This document shows, in pieces, positions 1 to 11,712 of a DNA stretch of 64,000 bases (within the stretch, counting starts at the first letter, position 1; each line of letters opens with the position of its first letter). The position numbers were made by a program, and so were the translations under genes. Source of the DNA: Anthoceros angustus (Eukaryota; Plantae; Anthocerotophyta); the NCBI GenBank assembly GCA_010909165.1, contig MU008230.1, positions 42,849-106,848 on the forward strand, written 5' to 3'. A model generated the notes under the pieces. The model worked only from the letters and a program-made list of their open reading frames with translations. It searched no databases and had not been told where the DNA came from.

Positions 1-539
1 CCTGCTCCTCTGCTTCACCACCGCTTCCACCAACCCTACTAGACGAGCTCTCAGACCTTTGATCCCGCTTACGAGGCGGCGGCACGACGTACTCACCCTC
101 ATCTTCCGACCGGCTCAAAATGTCCACTACCTTAACCTGCTGCCCAATGGGGCTATCCCACTCGTACTCGTCGTCGTCTGCATAATTCCCTGGTAGCTGC
201 CGGAAACGCGCGTTACCCCATTCCCATTCGCTGGCCCTGCGGACGCCCCTACAGCAGCAGCAAGAACCCCGACATCCGGAGCTGCCTTCTTGCAACACTC
301 TCCCGTGGCTGCTGGCTCTTCCGCATGATCCTCAGTCAACTCTCCCGCTCCTTCTGCTCCTTCTCCTCCTTCTCCTCTTCCGACTGCTTTTTCTGCGGGT
401 CTTCCTGCACCTCGATCGGCTCAAGCTTAATAGCCAGCGGAGCAACCTTCCGGTACCGCACCACAGCCCAGATTGAAACAGAAACCGCCACGATCGAGGC
501 GCATTTCAGCACGGTCAGGGTGGCGGACCGCATCGTCAT
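1..539 (-). CDS. Possible 5' part of a host gene (N-terminal hydrophobic anchor, then acidic/low-complexity region), frameshifted near 340 and possibly continuing off the left edge
   Basis: ORF 336-539 has a TM-like segment (CASIVAVSVSIWAVV) followed by RYRK and an E/K-rich tract; ORF 127-339 abuts it in another frame. No family recognised. Confidence 0.25.
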
Positions 540-929
540 GCTCTCAGCAGCAATGGCGGGCCTTCCATGCAGCTAGTCTGTGAAGCACCGCCTGCACAGT
601 GTGAACACTACTGAGCCAGAAAAGAGCCAGTGGATCAAACCAGATCCTCAAGAACGCGCAAGCATTCAGCGTTCCGGCTGATGAGAACTGGAAATCCTTA
701 CCAGAAACAGAATGAGGAAAATCGCTTCATTGAGAGAGATTCAGACACTCAAGTCTCAGCGTATATGTAGAGTCTCGCGGCTGGGAATCAGCACCGATCC
801 CTTTGCGCGGGGAAGATCATACACACAGCTTACATCGGAACTTAGGGTAACTCGAGTGGAGAGTGTGCGGAGCCGGTGGACATGGATTCATGACCGTCCA
901 CGATCGGTTTCCACATCCATGTACACATT

Positions 930-2413
930 AATGTGATTAGACTTAGGATGGGTGAACTTAACTACAGCCGAACTCGAGGTTGGTTGAGCTCGGTTCTCGG
1001 CCCTTGGGCCGCAACCAGGCTCACCATGACGAGAATCCGGCGCTGGATTGATGGAGAGCTTCGCTGCCAGGACGGTGGAGGAAGGCGAGAGACAGGCGTG
1101 CTTGCTTGAGTTGGACACCACACGATGTTTCGGACTCGCTATGCGGCCATCAGCCTGGGAGCAACAACATTGCAAATTACACTGTGTTGGAAGCTGGAAC
1201 AAGGATTTTGGAACAAGGTGAAAGAAATGGAAGACTGGATCCGAGGATGATGTGATGGTTGAAGGTTTTGGAGGGATGGAAAACAGTGGAGAATTCTTGC
1301 ACCTGAAGGATGTCTCCGCGGCAATCAGAAAGGCGTCGGGAGGTTTGATTCCCTGCCATTTGCCGTTCTTGAGGATTTGGAGCCCACCGATGAGGTCCTG
1401 ATACACCAGGAGAGAAGCACGCGGTCAGTGTGAGGCCTGTTTGAAATGGTCTGCTCCGGCTGTGGAGATTTGCGGTAGTAGCTCCAGCGGAGGAGAGACG
1501 CGCCGCCGACAGGGATGATCTCCTCATTGTCCTGTGTGAAGGTGGAGGAAGGGATGTTTAGGCTCTCGGAGATGAGCTCCAGGAGCGCGGCTGCCTTGGC
1601 CTCGGACGCGAGGATGTAGCGCTTCATGAGAATGGCCATCCAGGATGCGTCCTCTGGCCCTCTGCCGATGAGCGGAGCAATGGCGTCTACCATAGCCGGC
1701 GTGGACTGCACCGTGAAGCTTTCTTGCCAGATCCGGGCTGCATCGTTCTGTCTGTCCACTTGCTGCATGTATCCCAGGGGCGGGCCTGGTGGAATGTGCT
1801 TTCTTCTCCTGCGCAGAATAACTGAAGGTTAGAGATCAAGACTGGACTCTAGAGCAATGCAGCGAGATTGTTCTGTGCAGGCACCTCGATCGGCTTGTCG
1901 AAGAAGGCACGGTTTTTCCAAGTTGTAAACCAGATCGAGTGCAAATTTGTGGTTGACGACCTGGAAGAATCCATACTCCTCCAGCGCGAAGCGGATGGTG
2001 TTCAACAATCTTTTCTTCTTCGCCTGGAGCTCGGCGCTGTTGCGTCGCATCTCCATCGCAGTCTCTCCATTTGGTGGAAGGCGTTCGAGCTGATGCTGGA
2101 GGTTAGTCAGCTGGTACATGACGTCCAGATCGACGACGGGCATCTCCATCGGGAAGGCATGGTGCTGGTGCTGGAGCTCGGACTCTGCAGGAATGGCCGC
2201 TGCCACCTCCTTGCTGGAAAAGCGAGTGCAACAGCGAGGCAGGGACCTGTAGCCAGGCCCTTGTTGTGCCAGCTCCCCCTTGAGCTTGTCCATGCGGCCG
2301 GGATTATTCGACAACATGGAAGATAGCGGTAGGACTCTGCGGGGAGCGGCCGTAGTAGGCATAGCTGGCGTGAGGAAGCGGACCTTGTCCGCAACGGCTG
2401 CGGTGGCGGCCAT
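930..2413 (-). CDS. 2-oxoglutarate/Fe(II)-dependent dioxygenase (plant DOXC class), frameshifted in this assembly
   Basis: DIOX_N motifs MPVVDL and ALEEYGFFQVVNH; WQESF; LRWSYY..P; HxD (PHTD); QDLIGGLQILKNGKW; GDILQ, then a GT-AG intron at 1302-1155; distal His (KHRV) and RxS (RLS, in a shifted frame). ATG at 2413; 3' end approximate. Confidence 0.88.
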
Positions 2414-3912
2414 GGCTGGTCGCACAAGAGAGACTGACTCTACTAGGAGCATGCAGTTTATGAGCAGGCAATAGAGTTATGACCAATAGAGTTATGGCTG
2501 AGCTGCGAGTCTTTAAAGGAATCCATGGATTCCGTGGCTTCAAGAGCGTTTGCCAGTCTCCACTGACCGCTTCTGCCGTTGGATGCTCCTTCAAGTGTTT
2601 GATGCCTTTCAAATGCTTCAAGAGCGGTTGCCAATCTGCACTGAGCGCGGCTGCCATTGGACGCTCCCTCCGTTGTTTGATGCCTTTTGCTTCTCCTTTC
2701 GCGACAAACGTGATTGAATTGTTTGCTGCCTTTCTGCTGCTCACCGTCTTCCAGGCTCCAGCCTCGCGTGTCGCCTGCAGAAGTTAGTATTTTATTACTA
2801 TTGTATTATCGTCCACACTGTATGTATGTAGTTGTTTGTGTCGGTAATACAGCGTGGAGCTGTGAATGCAGCATTACGCTTCGGCCTGTCCTTCACTCCA
2901 GCTTACGCCCGTCCATTACTCTGCAGCTTACGCGCACGCGCCACTTTACGCTGCCCCTTACGCTGCAGTTCAGCTTTAAATGCCGCGGGCTGCTCAGGTG
3001 CATTTCGCCCCTTCACGTTTGCTTTCTCGCTTTCTGCATTGCGATTGTGACGCCCTGGGAGTTCGAGCATATCGCCGGTCTGTCTCCGGCTTCATCTGGT
3101 TGGATCAGTGGGAGTGGTGGAGACTGGATTGCCATGTTCATGGCTGGATGATTTCGTGAGGTAGGCACCGGTAAATTTTGCTCCAGTTCAGTTGCGTCCA
3201 CCACTTTGTGCCAACTGCATTTCTCTCCGTGGGCCTCCACATTGCGTAGCAGCACTTTACAGTTTGCAACTTTGCTGCGCTTTTGAGACAACCAGCGGTG
3301 TGGATGCAGGGTGCTGTCGTGATGCCGTAAGCATTTTCATCGGTTCTCAGCTTGTGGCGGAGGATACCAGTGTCGGAATTGTGCTTGGAACATTTGCAGT
3401 CAGCGGATTCTCTAGTTATCTTTGACTATCTGTGCTTCTCTGCCTGCAGGGGCTTAAGGAAGGGAGCAGTACTGTCTGATACATATTGTGAAGCTTGCGC
3501 ACTTTCTTGTTCTGCAATTAGCTTAGAAGAAGGTACGGGCCTTTGTTATCCAGGGCTGTAACAAGCAATTAGTCTCCAGGACTCTGTTGTTATTCTTCTC
3601 AGCTGTGAAAGAGCAATGACGGCGCCACTGGCTTTGGTCTTCGCTGATGAGATACTCGTGGGTTGTTCTTCTCTGTGTCTAGAGTAAGTTCTTTGAGCAA
3701 TTGATGGGAGGGGGTTCGACTGGCTGGCAGCAGCCAGAACAAGGCTTGCCCGTTTACGACCAGCCAGGCATGGCTGTCATCGACGAACCACCTCGATTTC
3801 TTTACCCCTCTCGGGGGTGACGTTTGCCGAATGAGGACTTCGTTGAAGCCTTCGATGATACTATGATTGGGGTGAGGAGCTCGCTGTAAGTTCTGGAACG
3901 GCGGATGTCGTC

Positions 3913-6900
3913 ATGATCCAGCTTGGGGATGCCGCTCGGCGCATCCTGGAAGAAGAAAGGGCCGTGGATGTTCTCGGCAGCCCTGAGAAGCTACTTACTC
4001 ATCTGACCAAGGGAGGCAGCTACACAGGAGGTAGCACAGTTGTCCACAAGCTCATGCATGTCACCTCTGACAAGCTTGACTTAAGCTTTGTGGAGAAGGT
4101 GATCATACCTGCTCATGAGATCCGGAATCTCTGCAATGCTATATCACCATCCGCCGCTTCACTTCGTGATGGCAGGAGCCAGTTGGACTTTGAGCTCCTA
4201 AACAAGACCGCTATGCATGTGGTTGGTCTGTATGGGAGCAAACGAGTGCTCATTGACATCTTCAGTAGGCTGGGCTTCTCTTGCGTTGTTACTCTGTTGA
4301 AGGCAGAACAGCTGGAAGCTGGTATCTATAGCTTCAAAACGAAAAGATTTTTACGTATTTTACTGGCATCTTGGGCAGGAATGGACGAGGCTTCGAGAAA
4401 GAATGTTTCTTGTAATTTCATTCCTATGTTATGGACCTAACTGGAACAATTTATCTTTGTCTGGATGGCAAGGATATGGAGGCCTCCTTAGAGACTGGGC
4501 CATTCAGGCGCTGCTACAAGAAAGCAACGAACTCAGAGGCTCCAAATTTCTGTGATAAAGAAGTCGGAGAACGACTTGAATATGAGTAAAGGGTTTCACA
4601 TAAATCCTTCCAACGTACTCGGTGACGGATGGTTGCCGGGGGCACAGACTGTAGGCAGAATTGATTTGAGGCCCAGGCTTTCTAGTTCTCTTCACCGTTG
4701 TGCCGTTGTCACAGCAACACGTTGCCTTCCTCGTGCCGTCCACCACGAGCAGTCTAAAAGACTGGGAGTGAAGGAACTCCCAGAGCTAGTCCGGGGATGG
4801 TCAAGCAAGTATAATGTTGATGTGATGCAGTTATCCGATGCACACTTGATTCACTTAGTGGAATATGGTGATCTGGAAGGAAGTAATGGCTATAGGTCAT
4901 TGATAGAAGATGTCAACCTCAAAAGAGAAGCTCACCGACAGAAGTTCTGGAAGATGGAAGAGTTGTTAACAACAGAGGAAGGCAAAGTTCTAAGCATTTT
5001 CGAAAGAGCTCAGCAGGCCTATCTCGAACTGTCTCATCCTTGGGAGGAGTCGTTTCTTAGAAACACTGCTTCATCCTCCCCAGTCGACCAAGGGCAGAAG
5101 TGTACCCCAGGTACTGCAGAACAAGGTGAGTCGCAAAGCACCTCCAGCAAAGCGTCTCCAGACAGCCAGCTGCTCGACGCACACATTGCGTTGTCCGAAC
5201 TGTGGACCAGAGAAAGTGGCACCCCAGGTTCGGCTCCTGCATCGTTGATCCTTGTTGGTTCTAAAATCGGTATACATCTACAAAACCGCAACGTTATGAC
5301 AATCGGAGGCGTGATGGAGTTTGAGATTGAAGTCCCAACTCAAAACACGGCCCTATACTGTATGGGGAGGAGTTTGCACTCAAAGGCTCCAGTGCATCCA
5401 TTTCAGGAGTGTTTATTGCGTATTCTGTGGATGGCGTTTGCCCGACCGGGCCGGTGCTGTCATCCCAATATGTCAGAATCAAAGTCAAGGGTAACACTCC
5501 AGTCTCTGCATTTTTGAGGAAATGCAAAAGACACAGAGGTTGGAGCTCGTCTTGCGAACGGCCTCCAAAAGGAATGCATGACTGGATGGCGTCATATGGG
5601 ACACCGGTATTTCCCAGCCTGGACAAGAGAGGTGGACCTGGCCTTCGTGATCGGCAATCCGGTTTCTTTGGTCCGCAAGTTTCTCGGGAGACTCACTCAA
5701 ATGTCCTCCGCCTCTCCAAGTCCAATGACGCCTTGCTTCATTTCCAGAAGAACTTTTCCGAAGAGAATCTGCACGCGCTGCTTTCGAAAGCAAAACAAGC
5801 CCAACTGGACTATTCTTCTGAACGCAGGCAGGATTATCTCGCAACCTTGACTCATCTCGAAGAGCAGAGCTGATTGCAGTTTGCAGAAAGGTGTATGAAG
5901 AAGCCTGCTCGCAGTTCTCGAAGAGAATAACTTGCATGGTAAAGAAGTTCTTTACTCCCATGATAAAGCAGAGGATGGAACTGGAGAGGATTGTTGGATC
6001 TGCTTCACTGGAGACGAATTTTGAGACAGCACGCACTGAGTTTCTCAAGGACTTGCGTAGCCGCCTCTCAAGTGGAAAGCTTCCAGATATGCGCACCCTG
6101 GCAGTCACAAGTTGCACCTTGCATAGCAAACGGTGGTACCAGGCTCGTACGCATTCGGGGAACGAGGAAATTGAATTGCATTTCGTCACCGAGGAAGTGG
6201 AAAGTGAGCGAGTTTCATGGAGGATGGCTGAGCTGACCCCAATGAAGAAAGACCTGGATGCTTTGTTGCAGAAGGAAACGCATCTTGTCGTTCCTGGGTG
6301 CTCGACGAATTACAAGCTAATTGACGTGGATCCCAAGTTTGAGAGACTATCCTTGGTATTTCCTATGAAGTCGGGCGAAGTATTTGTGTTTGTGGAAGAC
6401 GACAGCCAATCCTCGATCCGACTCTACCTGCTTCCCAAGCTGGGTCCAGAGATGCCTCAAACCCGATCAAGACGTTCGGGAGAGGCCGGACATTGTGGCA
6501 GTGGATGAAGCAGCGAGGCTTGTAGCTTTCATGACAAGACTCTGTGCAAAATCAGCATCTTCCGATTTGATGAGAGCTTTCGGCATTTTGAATGGGTGGT
6601 GTTGAAATCCTGCTTTCAGATTATGCCGGCAGCAGGACGTTAAGGTCCATGATGTTCATACCTGGGAAGCGAGAGATTCTTCTGGTTGACAGCGACCTTA
6701 AAGTGCGCGCATGTGAGATAAGCCAGCCAGCGATGATGAGGCCGAGACACATTTTGCTGCCAGGTCCCGACCACAAGATGTGTATTAGCCCGGATGGGTC
6801 GTGCCTCCTTGTGTTCTATAGCTCGGAAGCTAGTCCTTCCAGTGCTGGGAAGGAGGACGTGCTGGATGATTGCGAGATTGAATGTGAAAGTGACAGTCAG

Positions 6901-9900
6901 GAAGCTAGGGAGTGCAATGACGACAAGGTGCTGAAGCTTGACGTCTATCTCCTTGATGGGACGATGTCTCTTTTGAAGACGTTGAAGGTGAGCGACATCT
7001 CCGGTGATGTTCGAAGTATTGATGTGAGTACAGTCGCATTTGGGTCGCAGAGTCATCTGGTCCTTATCGACACATTACGACCGGACAGAGGGATCTGTTC
7101 ACAGCGCCTGGACGTGACGTCGGCCTCTGAGGTCTGCCAGCTCCAGGCGCTGAGCAAAACTGGTAACAAAGACGACGTTGGAAGTAAGACCGAGGCAGAA
7201 GAATGTAAGCTGTCCATCTTTGGAGTATGTGCACCATGCCTTTGACAAGTACGCTGTCAGTCCTCCATTGATCTCTGGAGAAAGGGAACTTTGTGTACAT
7301 GTTGTCTTGGAGGGCGAGCCGCAACCGAAGGCGGTCCAGTTCAAAGAAATGAGCACTCGCTACCTTGAGTCCTGTATCGAGAAGCTTAAACGCGACAAGG
7401 GGAAGAGCTTCTCCAATTTGAGTGTATCATTCGCATCAGACTTTGTAGGCAAGTACATTTTCAAGCAGACCCTTCTTGGGACCAGGGAGCCGAGGAACTG
7501 TGTCTCTATGGGAGATTGGGTGCGCCTTCTGGTGTCCCTGGTTCCTGTCCAGATAGCTCGAGCAGAGAATAATGGGTTGAAGCCTCTTATCGACGGCCTG
7601 CAAATCTCATCGAACCTGAATTATGCTGACGCAGTGGGACTCGCAGAAGCATTACGGTTTGGTTTCTACGATTCAGTGCTAACACAGTGGAAGGGCCCTA
7701 TCAAGGTCATATCCTCCATGGGTAAGCAGAGCAGCGGGAAGTCGTATCTCCTGAACCACCTTAGTGGGTCCTTGCTGGATGTTGCTGGAGGAAGATGCAC
7801 TGACGGGGTTTGGATGACCATGCGTGCTTCCAAGAGCTGCCTGTATGTGTTACTGGATTTTGAGGGCTTGGGGAGCTTTGAAAGGAGCGAGCAAGAGGAC
7901 ATGTTGCTCTCCATTCTGAATGCGGCAATGAGTAACATAACGATTTTCAACAAGAAGGTAACACATTCTGTAGGTCAGAACCCATGAATTCATAGGACTT
8001 GCCTTGTGGTTGCAAGACGGAGAACTGACACTGCTTAACGTCATGATCGCAGGACTTTCATTTGGACAAGGAAACCGAGTCCGTCTTTGAGCGTTTCCAA
8101 AATGGTGTAAGCATTATTAAGGAAGACAGTCGGCTTTTCAAGGGCCTGTTCTACATGGCCATCAAGGATGTGGACACAGCTGATATCGAGGACCTGAAAG
8201 CAGAGTTCTATACAAAGATTCAGCAGATATGCAGCAAGTCCCAGGACAATTTCCTGACGAAGATGTATGGTGGCGTGGTGGAGGTTGCAGCTATGCTCCA
8301 TTCCAACGCACTGAGTACCATGACAGTGTGGCTGATATTGCTGCAGCAGTGGAAGATATAAAGCCTATCCATCACAGCGGGAAAAGTTTCATGGTGGACT
8401 TGAAACTTGTCATTGCTCAAATCAGTGCCAGGGACTGGTCTCCCTGACACCAAGCGAATAGCTTTAAGACTGGAGCTTCTGAGGAAGCACTCATGACAGC
8501 CGTTAACCTTGGTAGGCTAGCAAGTGACTCTGATAATGTGCTGGTGAATTTCGAGACTCAGGAGCCAGTTGCTGAGTCGGCTTTACTGGTTGAGGGTCGA
8601 ACCTTCAGCCTTGGTGACACAGGCTTGGAGCTTTCGCCTCGACAGGAAAGCCAGGTGATGGGCGATGTTCTTGAGAACTTGAGGCAACATTTCCAGAATG
8701 GGTACCGGCGGACAGGTGCGGATGACGAGGTTTGGCATTCAACTTATGAGAAGTTCTCTCATGGCACTGGCGGATAGAAGGAAGCAGAGAGTTCTAGACT
8801 GGCTCCGTTGGAACACGTCTGAGTTCCAGGATGATGGAGACGTTCAGAAACTTCTCCTGGAAACGGTTGTTGTCCTGGCAGAACTGAAGCAAAGGCTCTC
8901 GGTGTGCAGCAGTAAGTGCAAGATATGTTTCCTGCGATGTGTTCGGGAGAAATCTCACCCAGCTGGAACGTCGTTCCATTCGTGTTTGGGAGGCCACCGC
9001 TGTCAAGAGAGTTGCTCTTTCTGCCTTATAGAATGCCCGGAGCAAAAGGGTTCGCAAACTTTGCTCGGATCTCAGTGGACACGAAGGTCCACATGCCTGT
9101 AAGCAGAAGAGTCATACATGTGGACAGGATTGCAACTTGCTGCACAGGTCTTCGAATTGCAACGCATCATGCGCATTGAAGCCTGGGCATGCTGGAGACC
9201 ATATGTGCAACACCAAACAGCACATCTGTGACCAGGGTGCTCGCTTCAACAACTCATGTGTGATTCCTTTGGATTCAGGGACCATGACCGTCACATATGT
9301 CAGGAGCGAATGTGTCCAATGGATTGCAAATGGAGGGCTGTAACAGGAAGTGGGTCGGAAGACCATTTTCACTCCCTTCGTTCCAATACACACTTATGCG
9401 GAAACGAACACACATGCCCTGGGAAATGCGAGTCCCTTGGGATCTGCCAGATTACGACAGAGGTTGTGAAGGTGTCCAAGACCTTCAGAGGTAAGAGATC
9501 AATTTTTGAGTACGAGCATGTTTCAGAGCAGAATGGGATCAGGAAAGCGTGTTGCATCGCCATTCCCCCCGGACAGGAAACTCACTCGGGCGATCATTGT
9601 CATACCTCAAATCCGAATGCAGTTCATTTCTGTGAGACAAAGTGCCCAGCATGTGGTTACTTCTGCAATTTACCTATTGGTCACGGGTGTCACGACACCA
9701 CGCATGGAAACATGCGGGATGTCCATTTCGCAGCAGAGTCCGAGCAGATTGACATTGATGACAGAAAATATGAATGGGGGAATCTGGAGTTGCAGAAATG
9801 TGCAATATGCATTGTAAAGCTCAGGGAAGAGGGCACATTCACCTGATCCCATGTCTTGTCTCATGTAAAATCCGAAGGGACCGTGTGCTGAAGGATTATA

Positions 9901-10838
9901 TGATGGAGCAAGACATCAGACCCAGGAGTATGGTCCAGACAAGGCTGTTGCAAAAGATGAGATGCAGCATGGAGCTTACTGGAAGCGAATGAGGTTCAAG
10001 GACCCGTGCAACGATGAAGATCAGAAGCAGTTCGAGCTCTGCAATCACTTCTGCAGTTCGGATGATCATGTTCCAGCTGCCACTGTGAAGAATGCCACTC
10101 AATCTCGGTCCTTCTGTACAGAGAAATTGTGGCACACTCCAGTTTCAAGGACTGGATCTTCTTCAACCGCAGGCTATGTGACAGAAGACGGCATTCCTTC
10201 GCTTGCGACCATCTGAAGAACACTGCGAACCATGTAGTGTTCGTCATAGACAGATCAGGCTCAATGGGTTCTTCTGACATCACGCCAACCTTGGCGAAGC
10301 TCGCCCAGAGGCTCAACAACCGTCTGGGATGCGTGTATGAAGCCATTGTTCGTTTCATTGTGACTCGCAAGCAAGCAGGACAGCCAGACGTGGTGTCAGT
10401 CATCCTCTTTGACACATCTGGCTCCATTGTGGTGGAACGGCAACCGATATCCGAGCACCTCGTGGACTTGCTGCTGCTTTACAGAGTAGGAGGAGGGACC
10501 ACTTACTCAAGCGGACTCACCTTAGCTGAGCAGGTTTTGCAACGGGGCTTGTATGATTCCTCCATGCAAGCCAAGCATCCTGCTGTTGTGTTTCTGAGTG
10601 ATGGTGGAAACAACGGAGGCAGCAACCTCTATCCATCATCACAAAGATGAAGGATATGGACCACAGACTTGTATTCCACACAATTCTCGGAAGAGATCAT
10701 GTGGACCAGGACATCCTTCGGAGAATGGCCAAAGCAGGGGACGGAACCTTTCAGGTCAGTATCGACGAAGTGCAGCTGGCCAGGAGCTTTGAAGGGCTGG
10801 CCAGAAGCTTGCGTACCAAGGTGGCATCTCTGATGTAG
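3913..10838 (+). CDS. Giant GBP/VLIG-like GTPase with Cys/His-rich repeats and C-terminal von Willebrand factor A domain (about 2300 aa if frameshifts are repaired)
   Basis: Colinear + strand ORFs. G1 MGKQSSGKS, G2 RCTDGVW, G3 LLDFEGLG. GT-AG intron 7958-8052 joins IFNKK to DFHLDK. Cys/His repeats at ~8900-10200. vWA MIDAS VFVIDRSGS and VFLSDG; stop at 10838. More than ten frame breaks; true start uncertain. Confidence 0.82.
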
Positions 10839-11343
10839 TGACAACGTGAAGAGAACCGAGGAAGTGGTCCCAACCTCGTCATCAAATTTTGGTTGAAACT
10901 GGAGTTGAGCTTAGTTAGCGTAGTTTAGTTTGGGCGTGCAGATGTTGTTTTTGACTTATGATAATTGACTTAATACCAGTAACTCCGGATACTTTGTTGC
11001 GGTTCTTGCTTCGCTGTTGGTAAGCGTTGGTAGGCTTCGATTGAGTTGCATTGAAACACAGCACAGATTGCCTTCCCACAGCCCAGAGTGAAACGGAACA
11101 ACAGACAACAGTTCTGGACAGACAGATAGAGATAAGAACAACAGGCTACAGTTCTGGCTGATGATAACAACCGACAACAGTACCTGATGAGAACAATGGT
11201 GAAGTGATGCCAAACCCTGAAAACCTTGGTCAAGCTTTCCTGTTAGATGGCTCAACCTCGCCCTTACCAGCAGGCTGCTAACATGGCGGGTAGCAGGACG
11301 AGGGAGGAGGTGACGCTGCCGCTGATGCTGACGCGACGCATGC

Positions 11344-11712
11344 GTGCGCGATGGGTACGTGGTTGATGCTGAGAAGTCCGTGGAGGCGCTAGTGCTACCA
11401 CTGCACTTGTGCGTTTTCAGTCCTCTAACCAGGATTTTCAGTCCTCTAACCAGGATTTTCAGAGAGTTTCCTGTCCTCAATCTGACCCCGGGTGAGGCAT
11501 GGGATTATTATCCAAGCTGGGACGTGCGGCTCCCCGCTGCCACGGACGGCGGCTTCAAGGTTTTTGTCATTTCCCACTTTCATGGCAGGTCGGCCGTGGC
11601 CTCTGTTTATTGCTCGGAGGTGATTGGCCTTCGATATTTGGAAGATAAAGAGAGGGCATGGAGCACGACCTGCGGGATTCGGATATATATCGTACATACA
11701 GGCCTCATCCAC
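11344..11712 (+). pseudogene. Possible F-box-associated-type gene fragment interrupted by the MULE
   Basis: LCVFSPLTRIFREFP resembles the NPLT..W..LP motif of plant F-box proteins. It contains a 21-bp tandem duplication (~11414-11455). The frame continues after the MULE (GLIH|YTHLGRF, 16138 onward). Confidence 0.3.

Noticed and set aside
3013-3291. Possible TRAF-type zinc finger (CKVLLRNVEAHGEKC)
   Set aside because: Too few ligands and no supporting gene structure.
5340-5460. Apparent RING-like Cys/His pattern in the giant GTPase gene
   Set aside because: It lies past a likely frameshift; the alternative frame (GPILYGEEFALKG...) joins the downstream ORF better.
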